Source: Fimbriimonadia bacterium (GTDB lineage: Bacteria > Armatimonadota > Fimbriimonadia > Fimbriimonadales > JABRVX01). Taken from it: 64,000 nucleotides of DNA. A model generated the notes under the pieces. The model had not been told where the DNA came from and ran no database searches. It saw only the letters and a list, made by a program, of their open reading frames with translations. This document shows, in pieces, positions 52,256 to 62,339 of this stretch. Location of the stretch: NCBI GenBank assembly GCA_041483895.1, contig JBGPGO010000005.1:32001-96000 (forward strand), read 5' to 3'. Within the stretch, counting starts at the first letter, position 1, and each line of letters opens with the position of its first letter. The translations under genes and the position numbers were made by a program.

Positions 52256-53299
52256 ATGAGGCTGCGTTGTTTGATTGTTGGGGTGAGTTGTGCACTTTTT
52301 GTGGGAGGAGCTGCGCAATCAGTTCACTTTACAAAGCCCACGGACGGCAGTTGTGTGGGCACGTTCGTGCAGATTTGCTTCCAGGCAAATGCCACGCCTG
52401 CATTTCGTCTGACAGTTGCCGATGATATGGGGCACGTCCTATTCAATCAGTTTTACGCGTCGAATCCGGGTGAGGTCTGTATCGGATATGAGCCGTTTGC
52501 GCTTGGCGTGCCGGATGGATTTCATACCGTCATTGTTACCCTACTAAAGAACGGCGTCAAATATCAGGATACGCTGCCATTGAAAATTGACAGCACCCCT
52601 CCGAATCCCGCCGTGACTTCGCCGCTAGGTGGGGCGTTTGTCAGTGGCCTAGTACCCATCACCGGCAAGGTCAATGATAATCTCACTGATGGCCTCGAAA
52701 CATGGCTCGTGTTTGTTGACGGACAGGCAATCGCCGCAGGTACAGGCGATGATGTTCTCGCCTATTGGAACTCCGTCGGGCTTATTGGTGGCAGTTCCCA
52801 TTCGATTTCCATCGTCGCAACCGATTGCAGCGGCAATACAAACACATCCGATCCGATCAATGTAACATTGGCGGCCACTATCACAGGCACGCTGGAGCTG
52901 GATACATGGGTCGGTCCGTTTGAATGGGTGTGGATGAACGTAGTCGTTCGCGACGGTGATCTGGAACTCGACAATCAGATCGTTCCAGTCGATTCTACCG
53001 GTCGATTCACCGTATTAACGGAGGCTATAGGGAGCCACAAGGTTATCTTCAAGCCAAGTCATTGGCTTTCCGTGAAAGAAGACAACATCGACCTATACGG
53101 TGTGGTGGAAAGAGATCTTTATTTCCCGGTAAATGGCGACTGCAGCCTTAGCAATCTGATCGATATCATCGACATCAACATGATCTTCGTCAACTTTGGT
53201 CAACCGGATATTGATAGTGATCTGAATGGCAGCGGTCACACCGACGTCTACGATCTAAACATGGTATTTATCAACTTCTCGCTTGCCGGCGAAGAATAA
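52256..53299 (+). CDS. Secreted Ig-like domain protein with dockerin-like C-terminal module
   Basis: Signal peptide; DG.H.., D.TPP...SP, ATD.SGN Ig motifs; C-terminal HWL..NGD..DLNGSG..DLN. Confidence 0.78.
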   Translation: MRLRCLIVGVSCALFVGGAAQSVHFTKPTDGSCVGTFVQICFQANATPAFRLTVADDMGHVLFNQFYASNPGEVCIGYEPFALGVPDGFHTVIVTLLKNGVKYQDTLPLKIDSTPPNPAVTSPLGGAFVSGLVPITGKVNDNLTDGLETWLVFVDGQAIAAGTGDDVLAYWNSVGLIGGSSHSISIVATDCSGNTNTSDPINVTLAATITGTLELDTWVGPFEWVWMNVVVRDGDLELDNQIVPVDSTGRFTVLTEAIGSHKVIFKPSHWLSVKEDNIDLYGVVERDLYFPVNGDCSLSNLIDIIDINMIFVNFGQPDIDSDLNGSGHTDVYDLNMVFINFSLAGEE

Positions 53300-53359
53300 C
53301 TTGTAGTATCATGATCCGTGCAAATTCGAGTTCTGTTCGTGCCGGGTGCCATGAGGTGA

Positions 53360-55441
53360 CTAAGCAACCTCCGCCAACCCCCACGCTGTCCTGACTTTCT
53401 TCAATTGAACCATCGCCGCATCCAGCTCTTGCGGCGTGGCGGTCTCGAGGAAGTGCTGCGCCTGTTTGCGCGCCTCTTCCATCACCTTCTTGTCCTCGAT
53501 CAGATCGCCAAACCGGAAGTCGGGCAGCCCGGCCTGCTTCGTTCCATATATTTCGCCCGGACCGCGAAGTCGCAGGTCCTCCTCGGCAATCAGGAATCCG
53601 TCGTTCGTCTTGGTCAATATCTCCATCCGCTCGGCGCCCTTCTGATCGGGGGCATCGGCGACAAGCACACAATACGCCTGATGCTCGGCGCGGCCGACGC
53701 GCCCACGGAGCTGATGCAGTTGCGAGAGGCCGAATCGCTGCGCATCCTCGATAACGATGACGCCCGCATTGGGCACATCAACGCCGACCTCAACAACGGT
53801 CGTGGCCACTAAAACATCTAACTTTCCTTCGCGAAACTTATACATAACCTCATCTTTCTCATCAGATCGCATCTGGCCATGGAGGAGCCCAATCTGCAAA
53901 TCCGGGAGGATGTCCTGCTGAAGCTGCTTATACATTTTCTCCGCCGCTTTGGCCTGCAGCTTCTCGGATTCCATAACGAGCGGGCAAATCACATAGGCCT
54001 GGCGGCCCTTTTCGTGCAAGGCCCGCACCCCGTTATAGACGTTCGGCCGCTCCCCCGGGCGCTTCCAATGGGTAATCACCGGGCGGCGGCCCGGCGGCAT
54101 CTCATCGATGACGGAAAGTTGTAGGTCGCCGTACAGGGTCATGGTCAGAGTGCGAGGGATCGGTGTCGCGGTCATCACGAGCACATCGGCTTGGATTCCC
54201 TTCTGGATCAGCGCCGCTCTTTGCAGCACCCCAAATCGGTGTTGTTCGTCGATAATCACCAGGCCGAGATTCTTGAATTCCACGGTCTCCTGTATCAATG
54301 CGTGCGTCCCAATCGCCACCTGCACGTCGCCCGCCTGTATCCTCGCACGCGTTTCGTTCTTTTGCTGCGCGGTCATCCGGCCAAGTAACAGTTCGATAGT
54401 GACCCCGGCAGGTGTCAACAGAGAGCTGATAACTTTGAAGTGCTGCTCCGCCAAAATCTCCGTCGGCGCCATCAGCGCGCACTGGTAGCCGGACTTTGCG
54501 GCTGCCAACAAGGCGGACGCAGCGACCGCGGTCTTGCCGGAACCAACATCCCCTTGCAACAGCCGGTTCATCGGTTTGTCGGCCCGCATGTCAGAGTAGA
54601 TCTCCTCAATCACCCGCCTTTGCGCGCGGGTCAATTCGAACGGCATCATCGTGGCGGCCTCGTCAACGAAGCCCGATGGGATCGCAAACCCGATTCCCAA
54701 CTGGCGATCGTTTTCCGCCCGCCGCATGGCAAGCATAAACTGAAGATAAAAGAACTCCTCAAAAACAAATCGCCGCCGCGCCGCCACCTGCGAGGATTCG
54801 CTGTCCGGAAAATGCGCCTGTTGGATGCACCACCGGATGGGCCGGAATCCCACTCGCTTGGCAACCGAACCCGGCAGCGTTTCCTCGGCGAGCCGCGCAT
54901 ACTTCATGACCGCTTCGTGAACAATCGTCCGCAACCGACGCTGCGTCAGCCCTTCCGTCAGCCCATACACCGGAACGATGCGCCCCGCAGCCAATGAATC
55001 CTTCTCATCGTCCAGCTCCTCCCATTCCGGATTCTGGAACTCCAGCCCAAACCGGCCCTCCAACGGCAGGCCATGCAGGACGACATCTTTTTTCAGTTTT
55101 TTGAAAGTCTCGCGCAGAAACGGCTGGTTGAAAAACGTGAGGGTCGCGGTGCCGTTCCCATCGTCGATATATGCCTTGGTGAGGGTCAATTTTCCGCGGG
55201 TCTTCACGTTTTCCACGCCGATGATTCGGCCCCGAATCGTCGCCACCTCGCCGCTGTTCAGTTCCCGAATGGCAGTAAATTTCGTGCGGTCCTCATGCCG
55301 CTTCGGCAGAGTGAAAAGCAGGTCGCCAACGGTGCGGATGCCGAGCTTGACGAGCTTTGCCGCGAGCGCCGGTCCGACGCCCTTGACATACATCACTTCG
55401 GTATCTAGCGAATATCGGTGGCCTTCGGCTACTTCCGTCAC
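53360..55441 (-). CDS. recG: ATP-dependent DNA helicase RecG
   Basis: RLLQGDVGSGKT, MAPTEILAEQH, IDEQHRFGV, MTATPIPRT, QLHQLRGRVGR, DL.LRGPGE. Confidence 0.96.
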   Translation of the reverse strand: MTEVAEGHRYSLDTEVMYVKGVGPALAAKLVKLGIRTVGDLLFTLPKRHEDRTKFTAIRELNSGEVATIRGRIIGVENVKTRGKLTLTKAYIDDGNGTATLTFFNQPFLRETFKKLKKDVVLHGLPLEGRFGLEFQNPEWEELDDEKDSLAAGRIVPVYGLTEGLTQRRLRTIVHEAVMKYARLAEETLPGSVAKRVGFRPIRWCIQQAHFPDSESSQVAARRRFVFEEFFYLQFMLAMRRAENDRQLGIGFAIPSGFVDEAATMMPFELTRAQRRVIEEIYSDMRADKPMNRLLQGDVGSGKTAVAASALLAAAKSGYQCALMAPTEILAEQHFKVISSLLTPAGVTIELLLGRMTAQQKNETRARIQAGDVQVAIGTHALIQETVEFKNLGLVIIDEQHRFGVLQRAALIQKGIQADVLVMTATPIPRTLTMTLYGDLQLSVIDEMPPGRRPVITHWKRPGERPNVYNGVRALHEKGRQAYVICPLVMESEKLQAKAAEKMYKQLQQDILPDLQIGLLHGQMRSDEKDEVMYKFREGKLDVLVATTVVEVGVDVPNAGVIVIEDAQRFGLSQLHQLRGRVGRAEHQAYCVLVADAPDQKGAERMEILTKTNDGFLIAEEDLRLRGPGEIYGTKQAGLPDFRFGDLIEDKKVMEEARKQAQHFLETATPQELDAAMVQLKKVRTAWGLAEVA

Positions 55442-55451
55442 GAGTCAGAGT

Positions 55452-55799
55452 CTACATATTTCCCGGCAACGGTTCTACTGTTACGGCCGTTCCGTATGCG
55501 AGTACTTCCGCGACGCCGGAGGCTATTTCATTGGCGTCGTACCGCATGCCGATCACGGCGTTCGCCCCCAATTCCGATGCATGGCGCAGCATGATGTCGA
55601 ACGCTTCCTGCCGCGAATGCTCGCAAAGCTCGGTGTACAGTGTGATGTTTCCGCCGAACATGGTTTGAATCCCGGCTCCAATTTGCCCAAACATCGAGCG
55701 GGACCGTACGGTAATGCCGCGGACCAAACCGACGTACCGGACGACTCGATAGCCTGGAATCTCAAATGATGTGGAAATCAGTGGTTGTCTGGATTGCAT
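55452..55799 (-). CDS. YbjQ/UPF0145 family protein
   Basis: GLVRG.TVRSR...GG....Y....R..A; GANAVIGMRYD; YGTAV. Confidence 0.88.
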   Translation of the reverse strand: MQSRQPLISTSFEIPGYRVVRYVGLVRGITVRSRSMFGQIGAGIQTMFGGNITLYTELCEHSRQEAFDIMLRHASELGANAVIGMRYDANEIASGVAEVLAYGTAVTVEPLPGNM

Positions 55800-55835
55800 A
55801 TCTCGGAAATTCAACTTGCAAACCGGCGGGTCCTG

Positions 55836-56975
55836 CTAAATCACGGTTGTCTCGATGGCAAGATTGGGGTCGGCGAAGCGTTCCAGACGGAAAGTGGAGA
55901 TGTCGAACGAGGATTGCCCTTCCAAAACAAGCTCCGCCATGATCTTCCCGATCATCGGCGCAAGCATGAATCCATGGCCGGAAAAGCCCACCGCAACGTG
56001 CAAACCGCGCGGATTGTCAAAGGACTGGAAGATTGGCCGGTGATCGGGAGACATATCGTACGTGCCGGCCCATTGACGGACCACATGGACGTCTCGCAGG
56101 CAGGGGAAAAGGTCCAGCACCTTTCGGGCCGCCAGCTCAGCGTAGGAGAAGGTGGAGGACCAGCTCATCGTCTCCTCTTCCGCCTCGCCATCATGGCATT
56201 CGGCGACGAACTCCCCACGCAGGGTTTGGAACATAGAATGGCCGCGCAGGGAGACCGTCATCACGCGAACAAACGGACGGAGCGGCTCCGTAACCAAGAC
56301 CTCCCGCCGAACCGGAACGACCGGCATTTCGATGCCAAACTGCTTCAGGAGTCCCGGCGTATGCATTCCCGCGACGCAGACAACATGATTCGTCTCTATC
56401 AATCCGTCGCTGGTCTGAACTCCTTGGACCTCACCGCCCGACGCCAAGATCTGCTCAACCGAAATGAAGGTTCTGATATCCGCGCCTTGATGCCGCGCCT
56501 TCTCCGCAAAACCCTCCGTGACGGCGAAATGGACCGCGTTGCCATCCTTCTTGTTATAGCAGCCACCTACAATTCCCGCGCAGTTCATGGCAGGCGACAG
56601 CTCTTGGACCTCTTCTTTGGTCACCATCCGGCTCTGCACGCCATGCTGGTTCTGGATGCGGGAATTGCGCTCAAACATGGCAAGGTCCTGGTCGTCAAAA
56701 GCGAGGAAAAGATAGCCGTCCTGCTTGAAGAGAGGATCGAAGCCAAGTTCGGATCCCAGGCGTTCGTACATTTTCTCCGCAGCCAGGGCCAGGCGGATGT
56801 CCGGTTCGTTGGCAAACTGCGCGCGAATGCCTCCCAAGCAGCGCCCCGTCGCGCCGGAACTCAGATAGCTCTTTTCCAGCAAGACAACGTTGCGCATGCC
56901 GAGCTTCGTCAGCCAATACGCGGTCGATAATCCGGAGGAGCCGCCGCCGATGATCACCGCGTCTGCACGCGTCAC
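55836..56975 (-). CDS. FAD-dependent oxidoreductase (sarcosine oxidase beta / proline dehydrogenase beta-like)
   Basis: IIGGGSSG, GATGRC.GGIRAQF, RQWAG.YD.SPD..P, GFSGHGFM; GTG overlaps the upstream stop. Confidence 0.85.
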   Translation of the reverse strand: MTRADAVIIGGGSSGLSTAYWLTKLGMRNVVLLEKSYLSSGATGRCLGGIRAQFANEPDIRLALAAEKMYERLGSELGFDPLFKQDGYLFLAFDDQDLAMFERNSRIQNQHGVQSRMVTKEEVQELSPAMNCAGIVGGCYNKKDGNAVHFAVTEGFAEKARHQGADIRTFISVEQILASGGEVQGVQTSDGLIETNHVVCVAGMHTPGLLKQFGIEMPVVPVRREVLVTEPLRPFVRVMTVSLRGHSMFQTLRGEFVAECHDGEAEEETMSWSSTFSYAELAARKVLDLFPCLRDVHVVRQWAGTYDMSPDHRPIFQSFDNPRGLHVAVGFSGHGFMLAPMIGKIMAELVLEGQSSFDISTFRLERFADPNLAIETTVI

Positions 56976-58513
56976 TCCTCCGCCTCCGCCGCCAAAGCAC
57001 CCAGGGTCACCGGAAGTAGCGGTGGCCGCTGGGTGGTGAGAGGGGTCTTTTCGAGCGGTGTTCCGCAGGTTGCGGCGGTCAAACATCGCGCGCGATGCAG
57101 GCAGTATTTGCCCTGGCAGACTCCCATGGAGAGGCTCGTAAACCGCTTGGCCGATTCGATGTCTGGATAGTCGTGCGTCAGGGCGTGTACAAACTCTTCC
57201 TCCGTCACGTCTTCGCAGGCGCATAACATAACTCCCGCGATGCCCCCGACCGTAGGCGCAGCGACCTCAATTGTCGCTGGGGCTGGCAGCCAGGGCAGCA
57301 GCTCGCCGGCCAACGCCTCCGCGACCGCCGCCCCGGTTGCCTCGCCTCGAGCCATCGCGGTTTGGTGGTCGCAGTTGCCGGTCGCTTTGCCGGTCACGAA
57401 AACGTCCGGCCTTGAAGTTACGCCTGCCTCGTCAACGCGCGCCACCATTGCGCCGTTTTTGTCCACCGTCATGGCAAGGCCCAAGACGGACTGCAGCTCG
57501 TAGGTCGGAATGGACCCGCCGCAGACCACCGCTTCTCCCGGTCCCGGCGGCCGTGGCTCACCGATTTCGACAGCGTAGATGCCGGATGCCACCAGAGACT
57601 TGACCAGCCCCGGCGACCCAAAGACGGCCACGGAGTCAGCGGGCGCCACGCCCCAGCCGTTCACCATGCGCAGAATCGCCCGCTCGCCAAACACGCCAAG
57701 ACTGTCATTTCCCGCAAACGGCGGCAGATTGTCGTACCCGCCGGTGGCGATCACAGTGATTTGCGCCCGATATTTTTCGATGCCTCCGGCGACTGACGCG
57801 GCGATCACCCCATTGTCGATGGCGATCACCTGGCGGCCCAACAGCAGTTCCACGCCGCGACTATCCGAGAACCGGCGGACTAGCTCGGGGCCGCCATCGC
57901 GGGGATCGAAACGCGCGGTACCGCCCGGCTCTTGCCGATCGTCCAGCACAACAACGGTTGAACCGGACTCGGCGGCCTTGCGACCACAAGCCAACCCCGC
58001 CACGCCTCCCCCGATGATGAGGACATCGACCTCCCGAATCTCTCTCGCCGCCGATGGCTGGAACGGTTCCAGGGTAGGCTCAACCTTGCCATATCCGCCT
58101 TGCGCGGTAAGGAACTTGTGAAAAAAGCCCTTTAGGAATCGGGGCCGAATGAACATCCGATATTGAAATCCGTGGGGCAGCAGGCCGGCAACCGCCCCCA
58201 GCCAGCGGCCCAGATCCCACTCCGCCGAAGGCCATCCACGCTGGGTCCGAACCTCCATTCCCGGCCGCAGCGGTTCCGTGCACGAGCGCACGTTGACGCG
58301 GCCATCAACATTCAGACAGCACTGCCCGCATCGGCCCACGGCGCAGCGAACACCCCTGGCATTCCGGAATTTCAGGCTCCGATGGAGCGAATGCACGCCG
58401 TTTGCCAGCAACGCCGCCGCAATCGGCTCGCCTTCGTAGCCTAGAAGGGTTCTTCCATTGAATGTGAATTCGACAACAGGGCGGTTGGGATCGGAGTGCA
58501 GGCGGTCAGGCAT
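56972..58513 (-). CDS. 2Fe-2S/FAD/BFD-like subunit (sarcosine oxidase alpha / proline dehydrogenase alpha-like)
   Basis: GEPIAAALLANG, C..G.C..C...C, IIGGGVAGL, C.CEDV...KR......G.CQG..C, T.RPP..P. Confidence 0.82.
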   Translation of the reverse strand: MPDRLHSDPNRPVVEFTFNGRTLLGYEGEPIAAALLANGVHSLHRSLKFRNARGVRCAVGRCGQCCLNVDGRVNVRSCTEPLRPGMEVRTQRGWPSAEWDLGRWLGAVAGLLPHGFQYRMFIRPRFLKGFFHKFLTAQGGYGKVEPTLEPFQPSAAREIREVDVLIIGGGVAGLACGRKAAESGSTVVVLDDRQEPGGTARFDPRDGGPELVRRFSDSRGVELLLGRQVIAIDNGVIAASVAGGIEKYRAQITVIATGGYDNLPPFAGNDSLGVFGERAILRMVNGWGVAPADSVAVFGSPGLVKSLVASGIYAVEIGEPRPPGPGEAVVCGGSIPTYELQSVLGLAMTVDKNGAMVARVDEAGVTSRPDVFVTGKATGNCDHQTAMARGEATGAAVAEALAGELLPWLPAPATIEVAAPTVGGIAGVMLCACEDVTEEEFVHALTHDYPDIESAKRFTSLSMGVCQGKYCLHRARCLTAATCGTPLEKTPLTTQRPPLLPVTLGALAAEAEE

Positions 58514-58581
58514 GGCGATTATTAAGTATACAACGAGCGGCGCACGGAAGGACCGGCACAGTTGTCGGTGAAATCAATGGC

Positions 58582-60963
58582 ATGGCAATACGGATTAGCT
58601 CCCTCATCGCGCTCGGTGTCATATTAATCGTCTGTTTTCTCGTTGCCGCGACCACCAAAGTCGAGCCCCGGCCCGGGAAAATGACCGACGGCCGCATGCT
58701 GCTGCCAAACGGTTGGATCATCTCCCCGGTGGGCAGGGCCGTGGAATTGGACGTCGGGTCGCTGACGATGGCGCAGTCCAAGGACGGGCAGACGGTCGCG
58801 GTGCTCAACTGCGGCGCTTCCAGGCATTCGGTCTCGATTCTCGATGTGGCGAGCGAAAAGGTGCTCGAGACCGTGCCCGTCCAACACGCCTGGATCGGCA
58901 TTGCCTTCCATCCAAGCCAGAAGCGGGTTTTTGTGAGCGGTGGGACGACCGGTCAGGTATGGGATATTCCGCTTCGAGGCGGCGGCGAAAAGAGACCGCC
59001 CATTTCGCTTGGCGCCAAAGTTTTCGTCACGGGTGTTGCGGTTTCGCCGAACGGCAACTCGCTCTTTGCCGGAACGATGGACACGGGCGAACTGTACAAG
59101 GTTGATCTTTCCAACAACCGCGTAGCCGAGGTCGCGACGACGCTCGGCAAAGTGTACGGCCTTCTCGTGTCGCCCGACAATGAGACCCTCTATGTAAGCG
59201 ATTGGCTGCGGTCGCGGGTTCTTGTCTACAACGCCACGGACCTGTCCCGGCGCGGATCCATACCCGTGGGACCGCACCCGACGGAGATGGCGTTGGGCAA
59301 GGATGGCAGGCTGTGGGTGACCTGCGCCGCCGACGCGACGGTCTATGCCATCGATCCCAAAGCAATGCGAGTGACCGAGAGCGTGAAAGTGAGCGTGCAT
59401 CCCAACGCCCCGGAGGGCAGCGCGCCGGCATCGCTCGCGCTCACCTCGGACGGCAAAAAGCTGTACGTGGCGGTCGCGGACAACAATTGCGTCGCCTGCG
59501 TGGATGTTTCCAAGCCAGGCCACGCCCGGTTGGAAGGGTTCATTCCCACCGGTTGGTATACCAGCGCGGTGCGAGTCAGCCCGGACGGCAAGAAAATCAT
59601 GTCGGTCGCCAGCAAAGGGAGCACCGCAAAGTCGAATGCCGACAAGTCCTACATCGGGCGCATCCTGAAGGGGCAGATCTATTTCACCGACACTCCTTCG
59701 CCAGCCGTACTGGCGCAGATGACCCAGCAAGTGATCGCCAACAGCCCCTATCGGGACGAGTTGCTTAAAGCGGCGGTTAATAGGGATGGCAGCCTGTTGC
59801 CCAATCGTCCCGGCGACAAGAGTCCCATCAAGTACGTGATCTATATTATTAAAGAGAATCGGACCTTCGATCAGGTTTTGGGCGATATGCCGAACTGCGA
59901 AGCCGACACGTCCCTCTGCATTTTTGGGGATAAGATCACTCCGAATCAGCACAAGCTGTCACGCGATTTTGTGCTGCTGGACAACTTCTATGTGGATGCC
60001 GAGGTCAGCGCGGACGGGCACAACTGGTCCACGGCCGCCTATGCCAACGATTACGTGGAAAAAGCTTGGCCGTACAACTATGGCGGGCACGGCGGCAGCT
60101 ATGACTTCGAGGGCGAGAACCCCCTTTCTCGTCCAGTCGCGGGCTATCTTTGGGACACGGTCAATCGTGCGGGATTAACCTATCGATCCTACGGCGAGTT
60201 CTTGGCGGAGGAAGAGGATGACCCCAACACGCCCAACGACGGCGTGGTTGCGGGCCTAAAGGGTCACGTTTCGCCGGATTATCCCGGTTGGGACACGAGC
60301 ATTTCCGACATGACGCGATTCAACATCTGGATCAAGGAGTTCCGGGGATTCGAACAAAAGGGCGAGATGCCTCGACTGCAGATCGTGCGCTTCCCGCAAG
60401 ACCATACTTCGGGGACCTCGCCGGGGGCCTGGACGCCGAACGCGATGGTGGCGGACAACGACTTGGCGGTCGGGAAACTGGTCGGGGCCGTATCGCATAG
60501 CAAATTCTGGAAAGAGACCGCCATTTTCATTTTGGAAGACGACGCGCAGGGCGGGCCGGACCATGTGGATGCGCACCGCAGCACTTGCTACGTCGCAAGC
60601 CCCTACACCCGCTTCGGCGCGACCGATTCCAACTTTTACACCACCTGTTCGGTCATTCGCACCATCGAGCTTCTCTTGGGCGCGCAGCCGCTCAACCAGT
60701 ACGATGCCGCGGCCCGGCCGATGTATTCCCTGTTCCGGGGGAGGCCCAATCTGACGCCGTTCGATGCCGTTGTGAACCAGGTCCCGATTGATGAGCGCAA
60801 CCCGAAGCAGGCGGTGATGGCGGCGGAGTCTCTTTCGCTGAACTTCAAACAGTGCGACGCCATCGACGACATGACGCTCAACCGCATCCTCTGGGCGGCG
60901 GCAAAGGGGCCGAACACCCCCTATCCGACGGTCAATCACACGTCTGCGGGTCTATTCAGATAG
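58582..60963 (+). CDS. YncE-type beta-propeller fused to a phosphoesterase/alkaline phosphatase-family domain
   Basis: LLPNGW.ISP.G, YVTN-like blades, IKENRTFDQ, DNFY, DHT.G, EDD.Q.GPDHVDAHRS. Confidence 0.88.
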   Translation: MAIRISSLIALGVILIVCFLVAATTKVEPRPGKMTDGRMLLPNGWIISPVGRAVELDVGSLTMAQSKDGQTVAVLNCGASRHSVSILDVASEKVLETVPVQHAWIGIAFHPSQKRVFVSGGTTGQVWDIPLRGGGEKRPPISLGAKVFVTGVAVSPNGNSLFAGTMDTGELYKVDLSNNRVAEVATTLGKVYGLLVSPDNETLYVSDWLRSRVLVYNATDLSRRGSIPVGPHPTEMALGKDGRLWVTCAADATVYAIDPKAMRVTESVKVSVHPNAPEGSAPASLALTSDGKKLYVAVADNNCVACVDVSKPGHARLEGFIPTGWYTSAVRVSPDGKKIMSVASKGSTAKSNADKSYIGRILKGQIYFTDTPSPAVLAQMTQQVIANSPYRDELLKAAVNRDGSLLPNRPGDKSPIKYVIYIIKENRTFDQVLGDMPNCEADTSLCIFGDKITPNQHKLSRDFVLLDNFYVDAEVSADGHNWSTAAYANDYVEKAWPYNYGGHGGSYDFEGENPLSRPVAGYLWDTVNRAGLTYRSYGEFLAEEEDDPNTPNDGVVAGLKGHVSPDYPGWDTSISDMTRFNIWIKEFRGFEQKGEMPRLQIVRFPQDHTSGTSPGAWTPNAMVADNDLAVGKLVGAVSHSKFWKETAIFILEDDAQGGPDHVDAHRSTCYVASPYTRFGATDSNFYTTCSVIRTIELLLGAQPLNQYDAAARPMYSLFRGRPNLTPFDAVVNQVPIDERNPKQAVMAAESLSLNFKQCDAIDDMTLNRILWAAAKGPNTPYPTVNHTSAGLFR

Positions 60964-60970
60964 CCGAAAG

Positions 60971-61804
60971 CTACTGCAAATCCCAAAGATAGGCATCGGG
61001 ATCGGTAATAAATCCTTTCCATGCGTCTTGCACATCACAACCGGCGGCAAGTTGCTTGATGGTCAGCGAGGCCGTGTGCCCATCAACGAATATCACGTTT
61101 ACGGTAGGACCGTTGTCATTATGCCAGGGCCAGCAGCCGCCGTAAACGTTCCATGCAAGCAGCTTGCTCGGATTCCACCCGCCTGTCCACCACAAGTTGG
61201 TCCCCGGCGTCGGAAAACTGTCCGATCCATCCGTGTATATCCGTGCGGGCGGATCCACGAACCCCGTTCCCCCACCCTCTGGATCACCCGTCAGCAGATT
61301 TCGTTCCCAAATGGAATCGACGAACATCAGCATCTTGTCTTGATTCGTAATCGTCGTCAGAACCGCTCCGATCGTTTCCGTCGACGGCGCGCGAAGATAT
61401 TGCCAGTTGTATCCGCGGTCGGCACGGATGGCATAGGAGCGAAACATTTGATCGATTGTCACCGCCTTGGCACCTGACGCGCAGTACCCGAGTGACGCAC
61501 TCCCGCCGTTCGGATCGGACGGACATCGATATGGGACTACGGAACCCAGGTACGGCTCAACATAGTACTCCGTGGCGGTATTGACGCACCCGCTCCCATT
61601 GACGACCGTGAAGGCCAGACGGTTGTCATAGTCTCCAGCGTAGGCCGTGGCCGCTTCCGCCATCTGCATGTTGCGTGTGAGGCAATCCGTAGACATTCGG
61701 TGCGGTATCGCCGCGCGAATGCCAAAGGCCATCGTACCGAAAATCATCGCCGTCGCGGCCAAACCGACGATGTCCTGAACCGATCGACTGCTTTTCCACT
61801 CCAT
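60971..61804 (-). CDS. H-X9-DG (prepilin-family) protein lacking the canonical FTLIE motif
   Basis: N-terminal TM, C..N..Q...A...Y..DYD, YRCPSD, WH...NVIFVDGH. Confidence 0.7.
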   Translation of the reverse strand: MEWKSSRSVQDIVGLAATAMIFGTMAFGIRAAIPHRMSTDCLTRNMQMAEAATAYAGDYDNRLAFTVVNGSGCVNTATEYYVEPYLGSVVPYRCPSDPNGGSASLGYCASGAKAVTIDQMFRSYAIRADRGYNWQYLRAPSTETIGAVLTTITNQDKMLMFVDSIWERNLLTGDPEGGGTGFVDPPARIYTDGSDSFPTPGTNLWWTGGWNPSKLLAWNVYGGCWPWHNDNGPTVNVIFVDGHTASLTIKQLAAGCDVQDAWKGFITDPDAYLWDLQ

Positions 61805-62339
61805 CGTTCTCAACTCCCTTTCCTGAGGTCGCTCCTGCTTTTCTCTACCCAGTTAGCAAAGACTACCATCAAATCCGATTCTATTCAAATCCGATCACCC
61901 AGGCACAAATCCAAGCGTTATTACCAGTCCCATCCCATGCCTCGACCGCTCCTGCTGTCGAGGCTCCTTGTGCTACAAACCAAGCAATTCCATGACTCAA
62001 TTGGTCCGCCTGTTGAGGCTCGTCGGGCAACCAGTCTGGTGAAAAGTTTTAACGCCAATGCGCCAACTTGGGCGGCGATGGAGGCATAGCGAAAACTAGC
62101 CATCTGTGCATCTTGCACCATTTTGCCCTCTCTCGCAACTGACCCACAGCGTCAACAGGAGGACCTGTCGAGGCATTGGATTTGGAGAATCGGTTTCTGC
62201 GCCTGCTAGGTCGAGCGGAATGCGTTCTCTGATTCCCATCCATTCATCAGCTCCTGGGGTAGCGCCATGCAGCAATATCCGGCCAGAAGTATGATATGAT
62301 GACTCCAGATTCCGCTGAATCAAGACATGCGGAGGGGTG

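Noticed and set aside
61830..62330. Small ORFs or ncRNA in the 500-nt divergent spacer
   Set aside because: No recognisable motif, start signal or convincing structure.
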